Positions 54,119 through 64,000 are shown, numbered from the stretch's first letter. The stretch: 64,000 nt of DNA from an uncultured virus (IMG/VR IMGVR_UViG_3300025890_001884) (IMGVR_UViG_3300025890_001884); one strand, 5' to 3'. A program made the numbers and translations. Notes: generated from the sequence alone by a model not told the origin.

Positions 54119-57100
54119 TTATCCGCTTAATAGCCCTCCAGGTCTTTGCTGTTTGCCTATTTCTTCTAGTACAGCCATGTTGATTGCTTGTGCAAATTGT
54201 TTTCCTGTTTCTTCATCACTAGTAGTATCTGAACTACCGTCTGCCATGTTTACATTGATTGTTGTATTCACAGGTCCGTTGTTTTTGCCACTTAATTCTA
54301 CAGGTATGCTTCTATTATTTGGAAGAGGTACTACTGCTTCTTTACCATGTAGTACTGCTCCATAACCTGAACTTGGTCCATCTGAAACACCTCCTCCTGA
54401 GAAAGATCTATAGCCTTTGCTCATCACTCCCCCATCTCTACCAGTTGGTACTGTTCCTGTAAAAAATTGTGCCATAGTACCTAAAAAAGTTCCTCCGCCT
54501 GTTGCAAGTGCCATTTTTGCTCTTTCATACATAGTAATCATTAACTGAATCTGAGCAACTTTTGCCATTATTTTTGCGGTCTTATCTTCTTGTCCTGCTA
54601 CTGCTCCCATCAGGCCTATAACACCTGAGAACTGATTTAAGTTTTTACTAAATTCGTCTCTTTTGCCTTTTCCTTCATCTTTATAAGGAACAGTTCCGTC
54701 TCCTACTGATTGTTCTGTTCCGTTTCCTGCTGGTTGTTTCCATTCAAACTTCTGAGTCTGTGGGTTAAACCCATATTGTCCAGGTTCTAAGATATTCCAA
54801 GCTGCTAGTGCTTGTGCTGGTGTTAAAGAAGTTGAAACGTTTTCTAAATTTCCCATAGTAGTTTTGAATCCAGTTACTTTTTCTCCACTACCTGCTATAG
54901 CAGTTTCTAAAGATGATTTTTTATTCTCTGCCGTCATAAACTCTTGTGCTCTCATAGGCACTTCGCTTAATAATCTGTTAAAGAAAGTTCCTATAAATTT
55001 GTCTTTATCTCCACCATATAGTAACTCATTTATTTCTTTAGAAACTGTTGCTAAATGACCGCTTGCTGAATCTTGCTGGGGCCCTGCCTCTGTGATGCCA
55101 TTTCCATACACGGACCTTTTTCTTGTTTCTCCATCTGCATTTGTATAGCTTTCTGTTTTTCTTTGCATCAAATTTAGTTCTGCAAAAGTCATATAAACTA
55201 AAGAGCCATCTACCTTTTTCATTAACATACCTTTAGCAGCATTACTTCCCTTGTTCTGAGGTATATTTGATTCTACTTGTAATTGTTTTTGTAGATTTAA
55301 AAGGTTTTCTGCTCTAGATCTTGCTTGTGCACCAAGCGAGCCTACTTGAGTAGTTTGCATATGTTTATTAAATGCAGCTGGATTTTCTTTTAGACTTCTT
55401 ACTTCGCTTTCATGATCTAATCCTCCTATAATATCCATTTTTGTCTTGTGTGCTTCTAAATCTTTTGCTAATCTTGCTCCACGCATCGTTTCTACATCAA
55501 TCTCACCTTGTAAAATATTTCTTTGAATAGTTCTAAGATTGTTTGCTATGCTATCTCCTGCACCTTTGATTTCCATTCCATGTGTAAAACCGCTTTCTAT
55601 AATATTCTCTTTTATTATTCTTCCATGTCTTGTTGCGGCATCGTCTAATTTTTCTGCTTCTGTTTTACCTGTGGGCATTACTGCCCCTAATGTGTCTTCT
55701 AATAGTTGTTCTGAAAGGAATCCTCCAATAGCGTCAGTTATTGTAGTTGTAAAAGCTTTACCTATATTATCAAACATACTAGAGTCTCCTCTCATGCCTG
55801 CTCCTATAGCTTTTCCAAGATTTGCTTCTAAGTCTTTATATACTCCATGATAGGTTGAAAACATTAAGCTTGACCTTTTTTCTTCTAAATCATAAGCTAT
55901 TTTTGCACCATGAATTACTTGATACTGAGCAGCTATTTGTTGATTTAATGCTTTAAGTTTTTTATCGTCTGTCTCTGTTTGTACTTGAAGATTTAATTGG
56001 TCTAGTTTAAGTATTTCTCCTTGAAGTTTAAATCTTTTTTCTTCTACTTTTAATGTTTTATTTAAAGTAGTCATTCCAGCTAAATCGCCAAACAGTGATA
56101 GTGTTTTACTCTTTGCCATTTTCTTTTGTAGTTCTACAGCCTGAGTTTGGAAGTAAGTATATAACTGTAATTTAGCAGTCTCACGATCTAAGTGGGCTTG
56201 ATATTGACTTTGTGTTTTTATTAACTCTTTGTATTGTTGAATATTAGAGTCAAACAAATTTAACATATCTTGAAAAGGAACTTTAGGTAAAGATTGCGAT
56301 ATTCTATTTTGCTGTTTTACCATTTCTTTAGCATTGTTATTCAAAGCTTTAATAGCAGCACCTTCAGCACCTATCGCATCTTTTATTTTAATCATCTCTA
56401 TAGTTAATGCAGGAGTTAATTTACCAGTTTTTATTATTTCTTCGTTTAAATCTGCAAACCTACTATCTAATTTTGCAAGAGTAGTAATTGTAGTTGCAAA
56501 TTCAGCTTCTAATTCCCTAAATTTCTCAGAATTAATATCTGATATTCTTCCTAAGTATAATAAGTCTCCTGTTATTTTTGCAAAGTCAACACTTTGTACT
56601 GCTTCAAAAGTATGTAATAAACTTTGCTCTCCACTACCTATTAATCCATCTGCTCTTACTTGAGACATTTTTAGTAATTCTTCATTTAAAGTTGCTATAG
56701 ATCCTTTACTAGCATCTACTCTTTCATTGAAGTTTTCTAGTATTTTATTAGCGTCTTTATTGAGATATTGCATAAAAGCTCTAAATGCCATATATAGCAT
56801 TGAGATAACAGCAGCATATCCCATCAGGCCTGATAAAAACATCCCTACTTTACTAGCGAATACAGAAACAGTATTAAATATTGCTTTAATATTTGCGGCA
56901 CTTCTAGAAAAGAATAGTTGAATTTGAGCTGCTCCTTGTTGTGCTTTTGCTACATTTTTTGTTATAAAAGTATCATGCTCTTTAGTCATTTGCAAAAGAA
57001 TTTTTTTGTAATAAGCTCTTTTCTTATCACTCATGTTTTTAAACATTCCAATTTCTCTACTATGTTGTGAGTGTAAATTGGAGATTTGTGCTTTACTTAA

Positions 57101-58231
57101 TTTTTTACCATCTGCAATTTGAGCACCCAGCTTTCCACCTGCTCCTAATCTATCTGCACCTAGCTTTCTTGCAAACTTGTTTTGTGCTAGACTTGGTGAT
57201 GATAATTGTTTCACTTTAGCTGCTAATTCTTCCTCTTTAAGTTTTAACCTTTCTATTTCAGCTATTCTAGCTTCAGCTGCGTCTGCCTGACGTATTCGTA
57301 ATTCGTTTGTGCTAGGGATTAAACTTTTAATGATAGAAGATGCAAATAACCCCATTGCAATTGCTGCATTGGTTGTGTTACCTGCAATAAATTTAGCCAT
57401 TGGTTCTGCGATAGCAGCAATAGCTGGTCTTACTTTATTTAATAATTCATCAAAAGCGATACCTACCTGTGCTAAAGCATTTGCAGTAGGATCCATGATT
57501 TCATTAATCTTTCCAAACTTTTCTTCTGCTTGTCCAAGTACTTCGTTTACAACTGCTTGTGATTTTTGATATATTGAAAGTTGGTTTTTATTTAGACCTA
57601 GTGCGGCTGCATATTTTGTCGATGCCTCTTCTAGTCTTAATATAATACCTAATTCGTCCAATAGTTCTGGTTCCGCTTTAGTAACACCTCTTACTAATCT
57701 GTTGAATGAATCTGTCACATCTCGACCGAGTGCGACTGAAACTGTAAATGCGGCTTCTGATAGTTCTCTTAACTGTCCTGAAGAAAGTCCCGCGGCTCTA
57801 CCAATAGCTGCGGCTTGTGAAGCTTCTGAAAAACTAATCATTCCTCGAGTAGCTGCCTGAATATCTTTTGATAAGGACTGGTACGCGATACCTGTTGCAG
57901 CAGCAAAAGCTACTTGTCCTTCTCTTAATACACGAAAGTCTGCCGCACCTTTTAGGAATCTAAAGGCTGCGTCAAGGGCAAATAAGTTAGCGGCTAAAGT
58001 AGCATAGGCAGGAACAAGTCCTCCTGTGATACCTTGGGACATTTTTGAAAAGTTTTTAGTTGAATTTGAAGATGCCTGTGCAGCACCTTTTAAACTACGG
58101 TCTGCTGATTGTGCACTCTTACCTGTATTTTTAAGACTTTTTCCTGCTTTATCAGCTTGTTGTGAGACTTTTTCTAAACCTTTGGCATTTGCCTTGAATT
58201 CAATTGTCCCACCATCTATCTTTTTCGACAT
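54119..58231 (-). CDS. Tape measure protein
   Basis: 1370 aa, helical and Ala-rich. T5 pb2-like N-terminus (LVPAYATLAANLFA, ELLDELGI). C-terminal LHGKEAVVPL. Confidence 0.88.
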   Translation of the reverse strand: MSKKIDGGTIEFKANAKGLEKVSQQADKAGKSLKNTGKSAQSADRSLKGAAQASSNSTKNFSKMSQGITGGLVPAYATLAANLFALDAAFRFLKGAADFRVLREGQVAFAAATGIAYQSLSKDIQAATRGMISFSEASQAAAIGRAAGLSSGQLRELSEAAFTVSVALGRDVTDSFNRLVRGVTKAEPELLDELGIILRLEEASTKYAAALGLNKNQLSIYQKSQAVVNEVLGQAEEKFGKINEIMDPTANALAQVGIAFDELLNKVRPAIAAIAEPMAKFIAGNTTNAAIAMGLFASSIIKSLIPSTNELRIRQADAAEARIAEIERLKLKEEELAAKVKQLSSPSLAQNKFARKLGADRLGAGGKLGAQIADGKKLSKAQISNLHSQHSREIGMFKNMSDKKRAYYKKILLQMTKEHDTFITKNVAKAQQGAAQIQLFFSRSAANIKAIFNTVSVFASKVGMFLSGLMGYAAVISMLYMAFRAFMQYLNKDANKILENFNERVDASKGSIATLNEELLKMSQVRADGLIGSGEQSLLHTFEAVQSVDFAKITGDLLYLGRISDINSEKFRELEAEFATTITTLAKLDSRFADLNEEIIKTGKLTPALTIEMIKIKDAIGAEGAAIKALNNNAKEMVKQQNRISQSLPKVPFQDMLNLFDSNIQQYKELIKTQSQYQAHLDRETAKLQLYTYFQTQAVELQKKMAKSKTLSLFGDLAGMTTLNKTLKVEEKRFKLQGEILKLDQLNLQVQTETDDKKLKALNQQIAAQYQVIHGAKIAYDLEEKRSSLMFSTYHGVYKDLEANLGKAIGAGMRGDSSMFDNIGKAFTTTITDAIGGFLSEQLLEDTLGAVMPTGKTEAEKLDDAATRHGRIIKENIIESGFTHGMEIKGAGDSIANNLRTIQRNILQGEIDVETMRGARLAKDLEAHKTKMDIIGGLDHESEVRSLKENPAAFNKHMQTTQVGSLGAQARSRAENLLNLQKQLQVESNIPQNKGSNAAKGMLMKKVDGSLVYMTFAELNLMQRKTESYTNADGETRKRSVYGNGITEAGPQQDSASGHLATVSKEINELLYGGDKDKFIGTFFNRLLSEVPMRAQEFMTAENKKSSLETAIAGSGEKVTGFKTTMGNLENVSTSLTPAQALAAWNILEPGQYGFNPQTQKFEWKQPAGNGTEQSVGDGTVPYKDEGKGKRDEFSKNLNQFSGVIGLMGAVAGQEDKTAKIMAKVAQIQLMITMYERAKMALATGGGTFLGTMAQFFTGTVPTGRDGGVMSKGYRSFSGGGVSDGPSSGYGAVLHGKEAVVPLPNNRSIPVELSGKNNGPVNTTINVNMADGSSDTTSDEETGKQFAQAINMAVLEEIGKQQRPGGLLSG

Positions 58232-58234
58232 TGT

Positions 58235-58642
58235 TTACCTGCTTCTCGCTTTTGCTTTTGCTGACAGTTCAGCTTGCTTCTGTGAGTCTTTGACTCGTTT
58301 ATTTATAGAGTTTGAGTTCTCATTTTCTATATGAGCTAAAAAGTAGACGACTGTGCGTTTGTCCTCGATATCGAATGTCTCTAAGTAAGTACCTATAGGA
58401 GCAAAATCTTTGCCCATATACATTCCACTTGCTCCGTCCCACCTATCAGTTAATATGCTATGTAGCATAAATGATTGTTGGACCTCTAATGGATAATCAC
58501 TCACTTCTGGAGGCATCTTATCGGGATCGGGATCTTGATTTAGTTGCTCGCAGATTGCAAGGTATTTGTCTAAATCAATATCCTCAGAAAATTGTTTTTT
58601 AATTAGCCCAAGTATTTTACTTACTTGGTTTTGGTAAAATTT
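58235..58642 (-). CDS. Tail assembly chaperone frameshift extension (gpT-like)
   Basis: The -1 frame relative to the upstream chaperone is open from the slippery site to 58235. Confidence 0.7.
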   Translation of the reverse strand, partial: KFYQNQVSKILGLIKKQFSEDIDLDKYLAICEQLNQDPDPDKMPPEVSDYPLEVQQSFMLHSILTDRWDGASGMYMGKDFAPIGTYLETFDIEDKRTVVYFLAHIENENSNSINKRVKDSQKQAELSAKAKARSR

Positions 58643-59055
58643 TCCAGTTCTCCGACAGTTTCACTTACCCACTCATCGAAATCACTAGAGTTCTTCATAA
58701 GTAACTCTGCATTTTCGTTGTTCCACACTAAAGTGTCTTCTGGGTCTACTTCGCTAATATCTACTAATAGAAGCTCTTCTAAGTAATTATATTTTAAGCC
58801 TTTCCAGCCTTTTATGATTGCTTTGCAGTATTCAGTTAAGAATTTATCATTATCAAGCTGTTCTTCGTATGCCCTAGTCTTTTTGTTGAACTTTTGTGAT
58901 ACACTTTTATTTCTAAGTTTTAGCAATTCTTCTCTTGCTAAATAAGTAAGTTTTACAGTAAATCCCTCTAATCCTGGGAAATCTACTTCTACTGTCTTGC
59001 TTGGAGTTAACAAACTCTTAAGCGATACTACTGGTGTTTTATTTTCTGTTGTCAT
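58621..59055 (-). CDS. Tail assembly chaperone (gpG-like)
   Basis: Between tail tube and TMP. Likely start MTTENK after AGGA. AIIKGWKGL. Confidence 0.8.
   Translation of the reverse strand: MTTENKTPVVSLKSLLTPSKTVEVDFPGLEGFTVKLTYLAREELLKLRNKSVSQKFNKKTRAYEEQLDNDKFLTEYCKAIIKGWKGLKYNYLEELLLVDISEVDPEDTLVWNNENAELLMKNSSDFDEWVSETVGELENFTKTK
58636..58642 (-). promoter_or_regulatory. -1 ribosomal frameshift slippery heptamer A-AAT-TTT
   Basis: GAA AAT TTT ACC AAA ACC AAG TAA at the end of the chaperone; X XXY YYZ in the correct phase. Confidence 0.75.
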
Positions 59056-59070
59056 TTGTTTATTCCTATT

Positions 59071-59103
59071 AAAAAAATGTATGGGGAAATGACTCCCCAT
59101 ACA
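59071..59103 (-). terminator. Intrinsic terminator after the major tail gene
   Basis: 10-bp stem TGTATGGGGA/TCCCCATACA followed by T7 on the minus strand. Confidence 0.85.
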
Positions 59104-59115
59104 CTCAGTTTGTTA

Positions 59116-60333
59116 TTAAGCTCCTACGTAAGTAACTGATACTTCGTTGGTAGCGTCCGCTGCTGTTGCTGATGATAAGTCTGTTGGTAAACCATGGAAG
59201 GCTACATCTACAGATATTACATCTGATAAATCATGGGCAGGTAACTCTAAGTGAGCTTTTGGCAATGTAACTGCAACTCGAGGAGTATTACTACCACCAC
59301 CGATATTGAATGTCATTGCAAAAGCGTTAGTGATTACGCCTCTTGATTCTTGAAGTTTCTCAAATAAGTCTAAAGACCCATTTGCCACATCATTTAGATA
59401 ACAAGTGAAATTACCTGTCACCGACCTTGTACCAGTAACATGACCTAATGGTAAGTTTACTTGTCCAATTGTTTCCGGTGTTAAGTAAGTATTGTTGTTC
59501 TCTATAGTAATGTTTCCACCTGTTAGAGTAACTGCAAAGGTTGTGTCTGAACTACCTAAGCTACCGACTGCACCTGATACTTCACTTGCATCATAGACTA
59601 GTGATAAGTCTGTTAATTTTTGTCTAATGAAGTTTGAAGTCGTGTCTACTCCTTCTCTGATTAAACCTTTTGCTGTAGCTCCTGAAGCTTCAGTATTTAA
59701 AGAAGCCGCTTCTTCAATTGTTTTGCCGTTTCCAGACCAACCGATTTGTGCGATTCCTTCAATATCAAAGTCAATTGAAGCCGAGCCTACTGAACAATCT
59801 GCTAATTTGTAAATTGTTACTCCGTCAGTACCTGTAGTATATAGTGCGTTAGTTGAGTCTTTTGCTGCTCCAAGAACAAAGTACATGTTGAAAGATCCAA
59901 CTTCTACATTGTTTGAATTTGCAAAATCAAAGACTTGACTATTTGTTCCACCGAAAGCGTCTCCGCCACAAGCTTTATCATAGTCTTTTGCACTCATTGC
60001 TGCCCATAAAGGGCCTTCTACTGCAAAATGTTTTGCTGCATCGGCATGGTCGCCTGATACATATTTTGCGTTACTACCTGACTTTGTAGGTCTCATGTAA
60101 GTGTTAAAACTCCACTCTGCTGGTGCAAAAGAGTCGGTGAACATTGCTCTACCTCTCTTACTGTAACCAGCGGATGTTGCCGCTTCACTTAATGTTATTT
60201 CTGAAGTATTTGTAGCTTGGCTGAAAGAAAATCCATCTAATACAGGTATCTCATAAAGAGCTGTGTTTCCAGATGTTCCGTCTTCTGACCATTCCATAAA
60301 TACTTTGGTATCTCTACTAAAGAAAAATGCCAT
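59116..60333 (-). CDS. Major tail tube protein (T5 pb6-like)
   Basis: SRDTKVF, EIPVLDGFSFSQ, PAEWSFNTYMRP, GTRSVTGNFTCYL. Confidence 0.88.
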   Translation of the reverse strand: MAFFFSRDTKVFMEWSEDGTSGNTALYEIPVLDGFSFSQATNTSEITLSEAATSAGYSKRGRAMFTDSFAPAEWSFNTYMRPTKSGSNAKYVSGDHADAAKHFAVEGPLWAAMSAKDYDKACGGDAFGGTNSQVFDFANSNNVEVGSFNMYFVLGAAKDSTNALYTTGTDGVTIYKLADCSVGSASIDFDIEGIAQIGWSGNGKTIEEAASLNTEASGATAKGLIREGVDTTSNFIRQKLTDLSLVYDASEVSGAVGSLGSSDTTFAVTLTGGNITIENNNTYLTPETIGQVNLPLGHVTGTRSVTGNFTCYLNDVANGSLDLFEKLQESRGVITNAFAMTFNIGGGSNTPRVAVTLPKAHLELPAHDLSDVISVDVAFHGLPTDLSSATAADATNEVSVTYVGA

Positions 60334-60347
60334 TTTATATATCTCCG

Positions 60348-60812
60348 TTAATATCGAATCTCTACGGTAATTTCTCCAACACCGAGAGGTTCTAATACAC
60401 CTTCATCTGTATCTACAGTTAAGATTGAAGTCTGTACTGTAGACTGAGATGTTCCTGTTGAATCTGTGTAAGTTAATGGATCATTATCCTCTAACACAGT
60501 TTCTACATCTTCTAACAATTCTTCGAGTGCTTCAATGACATCATTGTCATCTGATACATAACATCGAACTGTTATTCTTAAAAATCTAAATCGAAAGCCA
60601 CCGCCATCGTATTCTCTTGTTTCGCCCCCTGCTCCTATATGGATGGTAGGGAACTCATTCACTTCGTCCCAAAATTTGAGTCTGCGCTCTACATTACTTA
60701 CAGAAGTTCTCATTGGAGGACTTCCATTTATCTGCGTCTCTAACGCTACTGCTAAGGCTTCGACTATGGCTCTACGACGCGACGAATATCTTCTTGCTTG
60801 TGTTGAGTCCAT
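60348..60812 (-). CDS. Tail terminator protein (T5 p142-like)
   Basis: Synteny; FWDEVNEFP, TDEGVLEPLGVGE. Confidence 0.78.
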   Translation of the reverse strand: MDSTQARRYSSRRRAIVEALAVALETQINGSPPMRTSVSNVERRLKFWDEVNEFPTIHIGAGGETREYDGGGFRFRFLRITVRCYVSDDNDVIEALEELLEDVETVLEDNDPLTYTDSTGTSQSTVQTSILTVDTDEGVLEPLGVGEITVEIRY

Positions 60813-62374
60813 TATACTCTCCTTACTTTGAGGAACTTATCTCCTATTATACTTTGTGCTATTGCTCTAACACTTTGCCCTATTATCTTTCTTGGGTCTC
60901 TTTGTGTACTGCCTTGTTTATATCCTGGTTCAAATGTTTGATAAGGCATTTTCATGTAAGTATAGTCTACTTGTACACCGCCTTTTGGTCCTACCATTAC
61001 TTGTGTAGGTTCTACACTATTAGCAAATCTACCACTTCTATACACTAATGCTCCACCTTGTCCCATTCTACTTGCTACTTCTTGAGGAAGTTGTGCTTCT
61101 AACATTGCTTGTAGATGCAAAGGACTTTGTGCTGTTTTTGCTTTTTCTACTGTTCTTCTGCCAGTTTTTTTATATTTAGCACCAGCTGCTGCTAAACCAC
61201 CACTACTACTTCTGCTTTTAGTACTTTTAGTAGATTTCTTACCTGCTTTAGTTTTACCTTTTTTCGTTTCTGTCTTTTTATATTTAACAATATCAGATAC
61301 TATCTTTTGATTTATTTTAAATCTCATGTCTAAGCCACCAGACTGGTTTACTTTCAGTCTTTTATTGCCTATACTTTTTTCAATCTTTTTGGCAATGTTT
61401 GCTGGTATATTCTTAGTTGCCCATTGTCTAAAAGAAGGAGAAGTCTTGTGATCAATACCTGCTTTTGTTAACATTCTCTGCAATTCTTTTGTTAACTTTA
61501 AATTCTTTTGGTTTATATATTTTTTTAATGCTCCTTTATCATATTCTTTTGATAAAGGATTTCTTGCAACATCTTCATAATCAATCTTTACTTTAAATTG
61601 TTTCTTAAAATCTTCTAAACTTAGGTCTGAAAAATGTGCTATATTATAATTATTTAAAAACTGTTTTGTAAATTCTTTGTGTACAGCTTCATATGCCTTA
61701 TTAAAATCTTTTCCTTGAAACTCTCTAGCAAAGGTGGATTCATCTAATAGATCATTTAGCTTTTGCTGTCCTCTCTCTTGATAATCCTCATCGCCTTTTA
61801 AATTCATTATACTTCCGCCTATTGCAGTAGTAGTTCTATCTTTACCTCTATGTAACCCAGCAAATCTTTTTGTCTTTCTCATGCCCTTTTCAAATTTATT
61901 TTGGGACATTGGAGAACCTTTTCCTTTGGCAAATTTTAACTCTTTATGTATACCTTTATACACTTTTCCCATTATATACCCCATAGTATTTTTATGGATA
62001 TTTAATAGTTTATTAAAATTCGTACCTTGACTTGGTTTCTTACCAAATGTGTTCGGTTTAAAAAGAATTCTTGTTCTATTACCTTTTATAAAGTGTATAT
62101 CAAGTAAGTTTCCGCCTATATTACTAAAGTGAGCTATGTATATCTCTTGAGTAAAGTTCTTTTTCCAAGATTTACTTACTGCATTACTAATTTCAGTTGC
62201 ACTGGGCATTGGGCTAAGAGCCGCTCCAGTTAAAAATTCATCGACAGCTTGTTCTATCTGATCTTTTAAGTATACTCTATCTACCATTACTTCAGTTTCA
62301 AAAGTTTCATCTACTTTATCTGAGTCTGCGGCGTCAATTGCGTCTAGCAACATCTGCTCAACAAATTTGATCAT
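60812..62374 (-). CDS. Tail completion/neck protein (T5 p143-like C-terminus) with long N-terminal region
   Basis: C-terminal LVYRSGRFANSV...YTYMKMPYQTFEP...RDPRKII; synteny. Confidence 0.6.
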   Translation of the reverse strand: MIKFVEQMLLDAIDAADSDKVDETFETEVMVDRVYLKDQIEQAVDEFLTGAALSPMPSATEISNAVSKSWKKNFTQEIYIAHFSNIGGNLLDIHFIKGNRTRILFKPNTFGKKPSQGTNFNKLLNIHKNTMGYIMGKVYKGIHKELKFAKGKGSPMSQNKFEKGMRKTKRFAGLHRGKDRTTTAIGGSIMNLKGDEDYQERGQQKLNDLLDESTFAREFQGKDFNKAYEAVHKEFTKQFLNNYNIAHFSDLSLEDFKKQFKVKIDYEDVARNPLSKEYDKGALKKYINQKNLKLTKELQRMLTKAGIDHKTSPSFRQWATKNIPANIAKKIEKSIGNKRLKVNQSGGLDMRFKINQKIVSDIVKYKKTETKKGKTKAGKKSTKSTKSRSSSGGLAAAGAKYKKTGRRTVEKAKTAQSPLHLQAMLEAQLPQEVASRMGQGGALVYRSGRFANSVEPTQVMVGPKGGVQVDYTYMKMPYQTFEPGYKQGSTQRDPRKIIGQSVRAIAQSIIGDKFLKVRRV

Positions 62375-62967
62375 ATTACAACTCTATATAAATCTAGTAC
62401 TCTCTTAATATGGTCTGGAAAGTCAGTACTTGATTTTATACCTGAAGTTCCTTGGTTACTCATTTGAGCATTGCCTAAACTTCTTCTTTCTTTATGCTCG
62501 TCTTTCATGTAATAATTTACTAAGTCAAAGAGTGCGAGTTTTAAATCACTTGGGCATGTTGAATATCCTGCATTATATGTAATTTGCACAGAACCTACTC
62601 CTTTCTTCCAAGAGATTGGGTTACCACTCTCATTTGTTCTTACGACTGCATCACTTTCTACATCTACATAGTATTCGTAGTTGCCTGTAGTGAGAGTTAC
62701 ATAAGGACTTCCATAGTCTGGTCTTTCTTTTACTGTATCAACCGTAACTAACGGACTTTCACTCATTGTAATGGTGCTTGTGTAGTTGTCATTGATTGTA
62801 AAAGTTTCAACCTTATCTGTAGAATAAAAGTCTACAAAACTTATTCCGCAATACTTCTTAACTAAATCAGATACCAGAGGTACCATAACAGATAGACGGT
62901 CGTCATCCTTCTCGCCTCGGAGGCCTTCTGCGTCTTTGTATTCATTTACTGTTATTAAGTCTGCCAT
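62371..62967 (-). CDS. Head completion / head-tail connector (T5 p144-like)
   Basis: Likely start MADLITVNEYK. ITYNAGY...PSDLKLA...FPDHIKRVLDLYR. Confidence 0.8.
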   Translation of the reverse strand: MADLITVNEYKDAEGLRGEKDDDRLSVMVPLVSDLVKKYCGISFVDFYSTDKVETFTINDNYTSTITMSESPLVTVDTVKERPDYGSPYVTLTTGNYEYYVDVESDAVVRTNESGNPISWKKGVGSVQITYNAGYSTCPSDLKLALFDLVNYYMKDEHKERRSLGNAQMSNQGTSGIKSSTDFPDHIKRVLDLYRVVI

Positions 62968-62971
62968 AGTT

Positions 62972-63002
62972 AAAAAGTGTGGGGTTTTAGGTAAACCCCA
63001 CA
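62972..63002 (-). terminator. Intrinsic terminator after the major capsid gene
   Basis: 10-bp stem TGTGGGGTTT/AAACCCCACA followed by CTTTTT on the minus strand. Confidence 0.8.
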
Positions 63003-63018
63003 AAAACCTATTAAGCTA

Positions 63019-63999
63019 TTAAGAAGCTTTGTACTGTAGTAAGTGACAAGAAGTGGTTGCATCGATTAGATCGGTGAAGCCAATTCTTTGTGAAGCTACA
63101 AGAACTCTTCTTTGGTTAGCTACTTCGTAGTCGGACTCAATGGTTACACCTCTAAGTCTTGGTAATACAAAGTTTCTTGGGTTAACCGCAAGAGCATGCA
63201 TTTTTGAAACTGCTGGTGTAGCAAATTCATCACACATTAATACTCTTGAACCAAATACGGTTCCAATTTCACCAGTTAGCTTAGTTGCCTGATTACCAAC
63301 TAGGTTAGCATCTTGGAACTCAGCATCTTCTAGTAATTCGTAGTAGCCTCTTTGAGAGACAACATATACTACGTCTGAAGGATTGATACCATATTTACCC
63401 ATTTCTTTTCTGGCACCTAACAACGCTGCTGCTGTTAGTTTATCAGAAGCAAAAGCTGTAGCTGATTGAGTTTTGTTAGAACCAGCCATTGTGATTAGCC
63501 CTTCAAAAGCTGCACCACCAGTACCAAAAGCACCGTCTGCGTGATTACCAGCTAAGATAGCATTTTCCATTGCTCTAGCATGAGATCTTACCATTGACTC
63601 TCTAATTAAAGGAAGAATCGGTAGGATAGCATCTTCTTCAGTTTCATTACCTAAGTATGATTGTGAAATTAATTTTTTAGTTGAAAGTGTTCTCTCAGTT
63701 AAGTCGACACCTGCTCCATTAGCTGGATCATATGCGTCGCCTCTTGGGTCTAAGTTACCTTTCGGTGCGCTTCCAGAAGCTGTTTGGTTAGCTGTAAATT
63801 CAGCATAGCCGCTATCTGGTAAGATTGGGATAATCATATTAGCAGAGTTCATTGGGATTTCTCTAAATAGAGGAGCCAATACTAACTCATTTTGAATATC
63901 TCTTTCAATGTTAGTTGAAACGATTTGCTCAAAATCAGCTGATGATACTTCAACACCTGACATTACATTAACTTTTTCCATTAATGATTTTGCATGGTC
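63019..63999 (-). CDS. Major capsid protein, HK97 fold (T5 pb8-like); 5'-truncated by the window edge
   Basis: FEQIVSTNIERDIQNELVLAPLFREIPM, ETEEDAILPILPLIR, ARKEMGKYG. Frame is open to the window edge. Confidence 0.92.
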   Translation of the reverse strand, partial: DHAKSLMEKVNVMSGVEVSSADFEQIVSTNIERDIQNELVLAPLFREIPMNSANMIIPILPDSGYAEFTANQTASGSAPKGNLDPRGDAYDPANGAGVDLTERTLSTKKLISQSYLGNETEEDAILPILPLIRESMVRSHARAMENAILAGNHADGAFGTGGAAFEGLITMAGSNKTQSATAFASDKLTAAALLGARKEMGKYGINPSDVVYVVSQRGYYELLEDAEFQDANLVGNQATKLTGEIGTVFGSRVLMCDEFATPAVSKMHALAVNPRNFVLPRLRGVTIESDYEVANQRRVLVASQRIGFTDLIDATTSCHLLQYKAS

Positions 64000-64000
64000 G

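Noticed and set aside
59056..59100. Upstream extensions of the chaperone ORF (to 59100) and the head-completion ORF (to 63003)
   Set aside because: Both extensions run through terminator hairpins. The downstream ATGs at 59055 and 62967 are more plausible starts.
1..64000. tRNA, rRNA, integrase or lysis genes
   Set aside because: None recognised. Intergenic gaps are short and explained by promoters, terminators or small ORFs. A tRNAscan/Infernal run would be needed to exclude RNAs formally.

Overview
This window is a low-GC, gene-dense segment of a T5-like siphophage (Demerecviridae-like), probably environmental or marine. The + strand (1-33977) carries the T5 replication/recombination core in T5 order: split NAD-dependent ligase A/B, D5, DnaB-like helicase, primase, PolA, D10, D11, D12/D13, D14, D15, then nrdAB. 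Three biosynthetic islands interrupt this core, encoding ElaA-like GNATs, radical SAM/SPASM enzymes, QueC-like PP-loop enzymes, a carbamoyltransferase, a sulfotransferase, 2OG-Fe(II) oxygenases, an asparagine synthetase-like enzyme, a cytidylyltransferase and glycosyltransferases. The - strand (33963-64000) carries morphogenesis genes: T5-like capsid, neck, tail tube, chaperones and tape measure; a lambda-type M/L/K/I/J tail tip; and a separately promoted fibre operon ending in glycosyltransferase-like genes. The most striking element is a 910-aa Thr/Asn-rich protein (35958-38690). Its two halves are mirror-image and complementary at the amino-acid level: 4- and 6-residue units match in length and pair aromatic against Arg/Gln around a unique central loop. 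This suggests a single giant beta-hairpin fibre of about 400 residues per arm, possibly glycosylated by the neighbouring enzymes. All protein family calls come from motif recognition by eye, not database searches.
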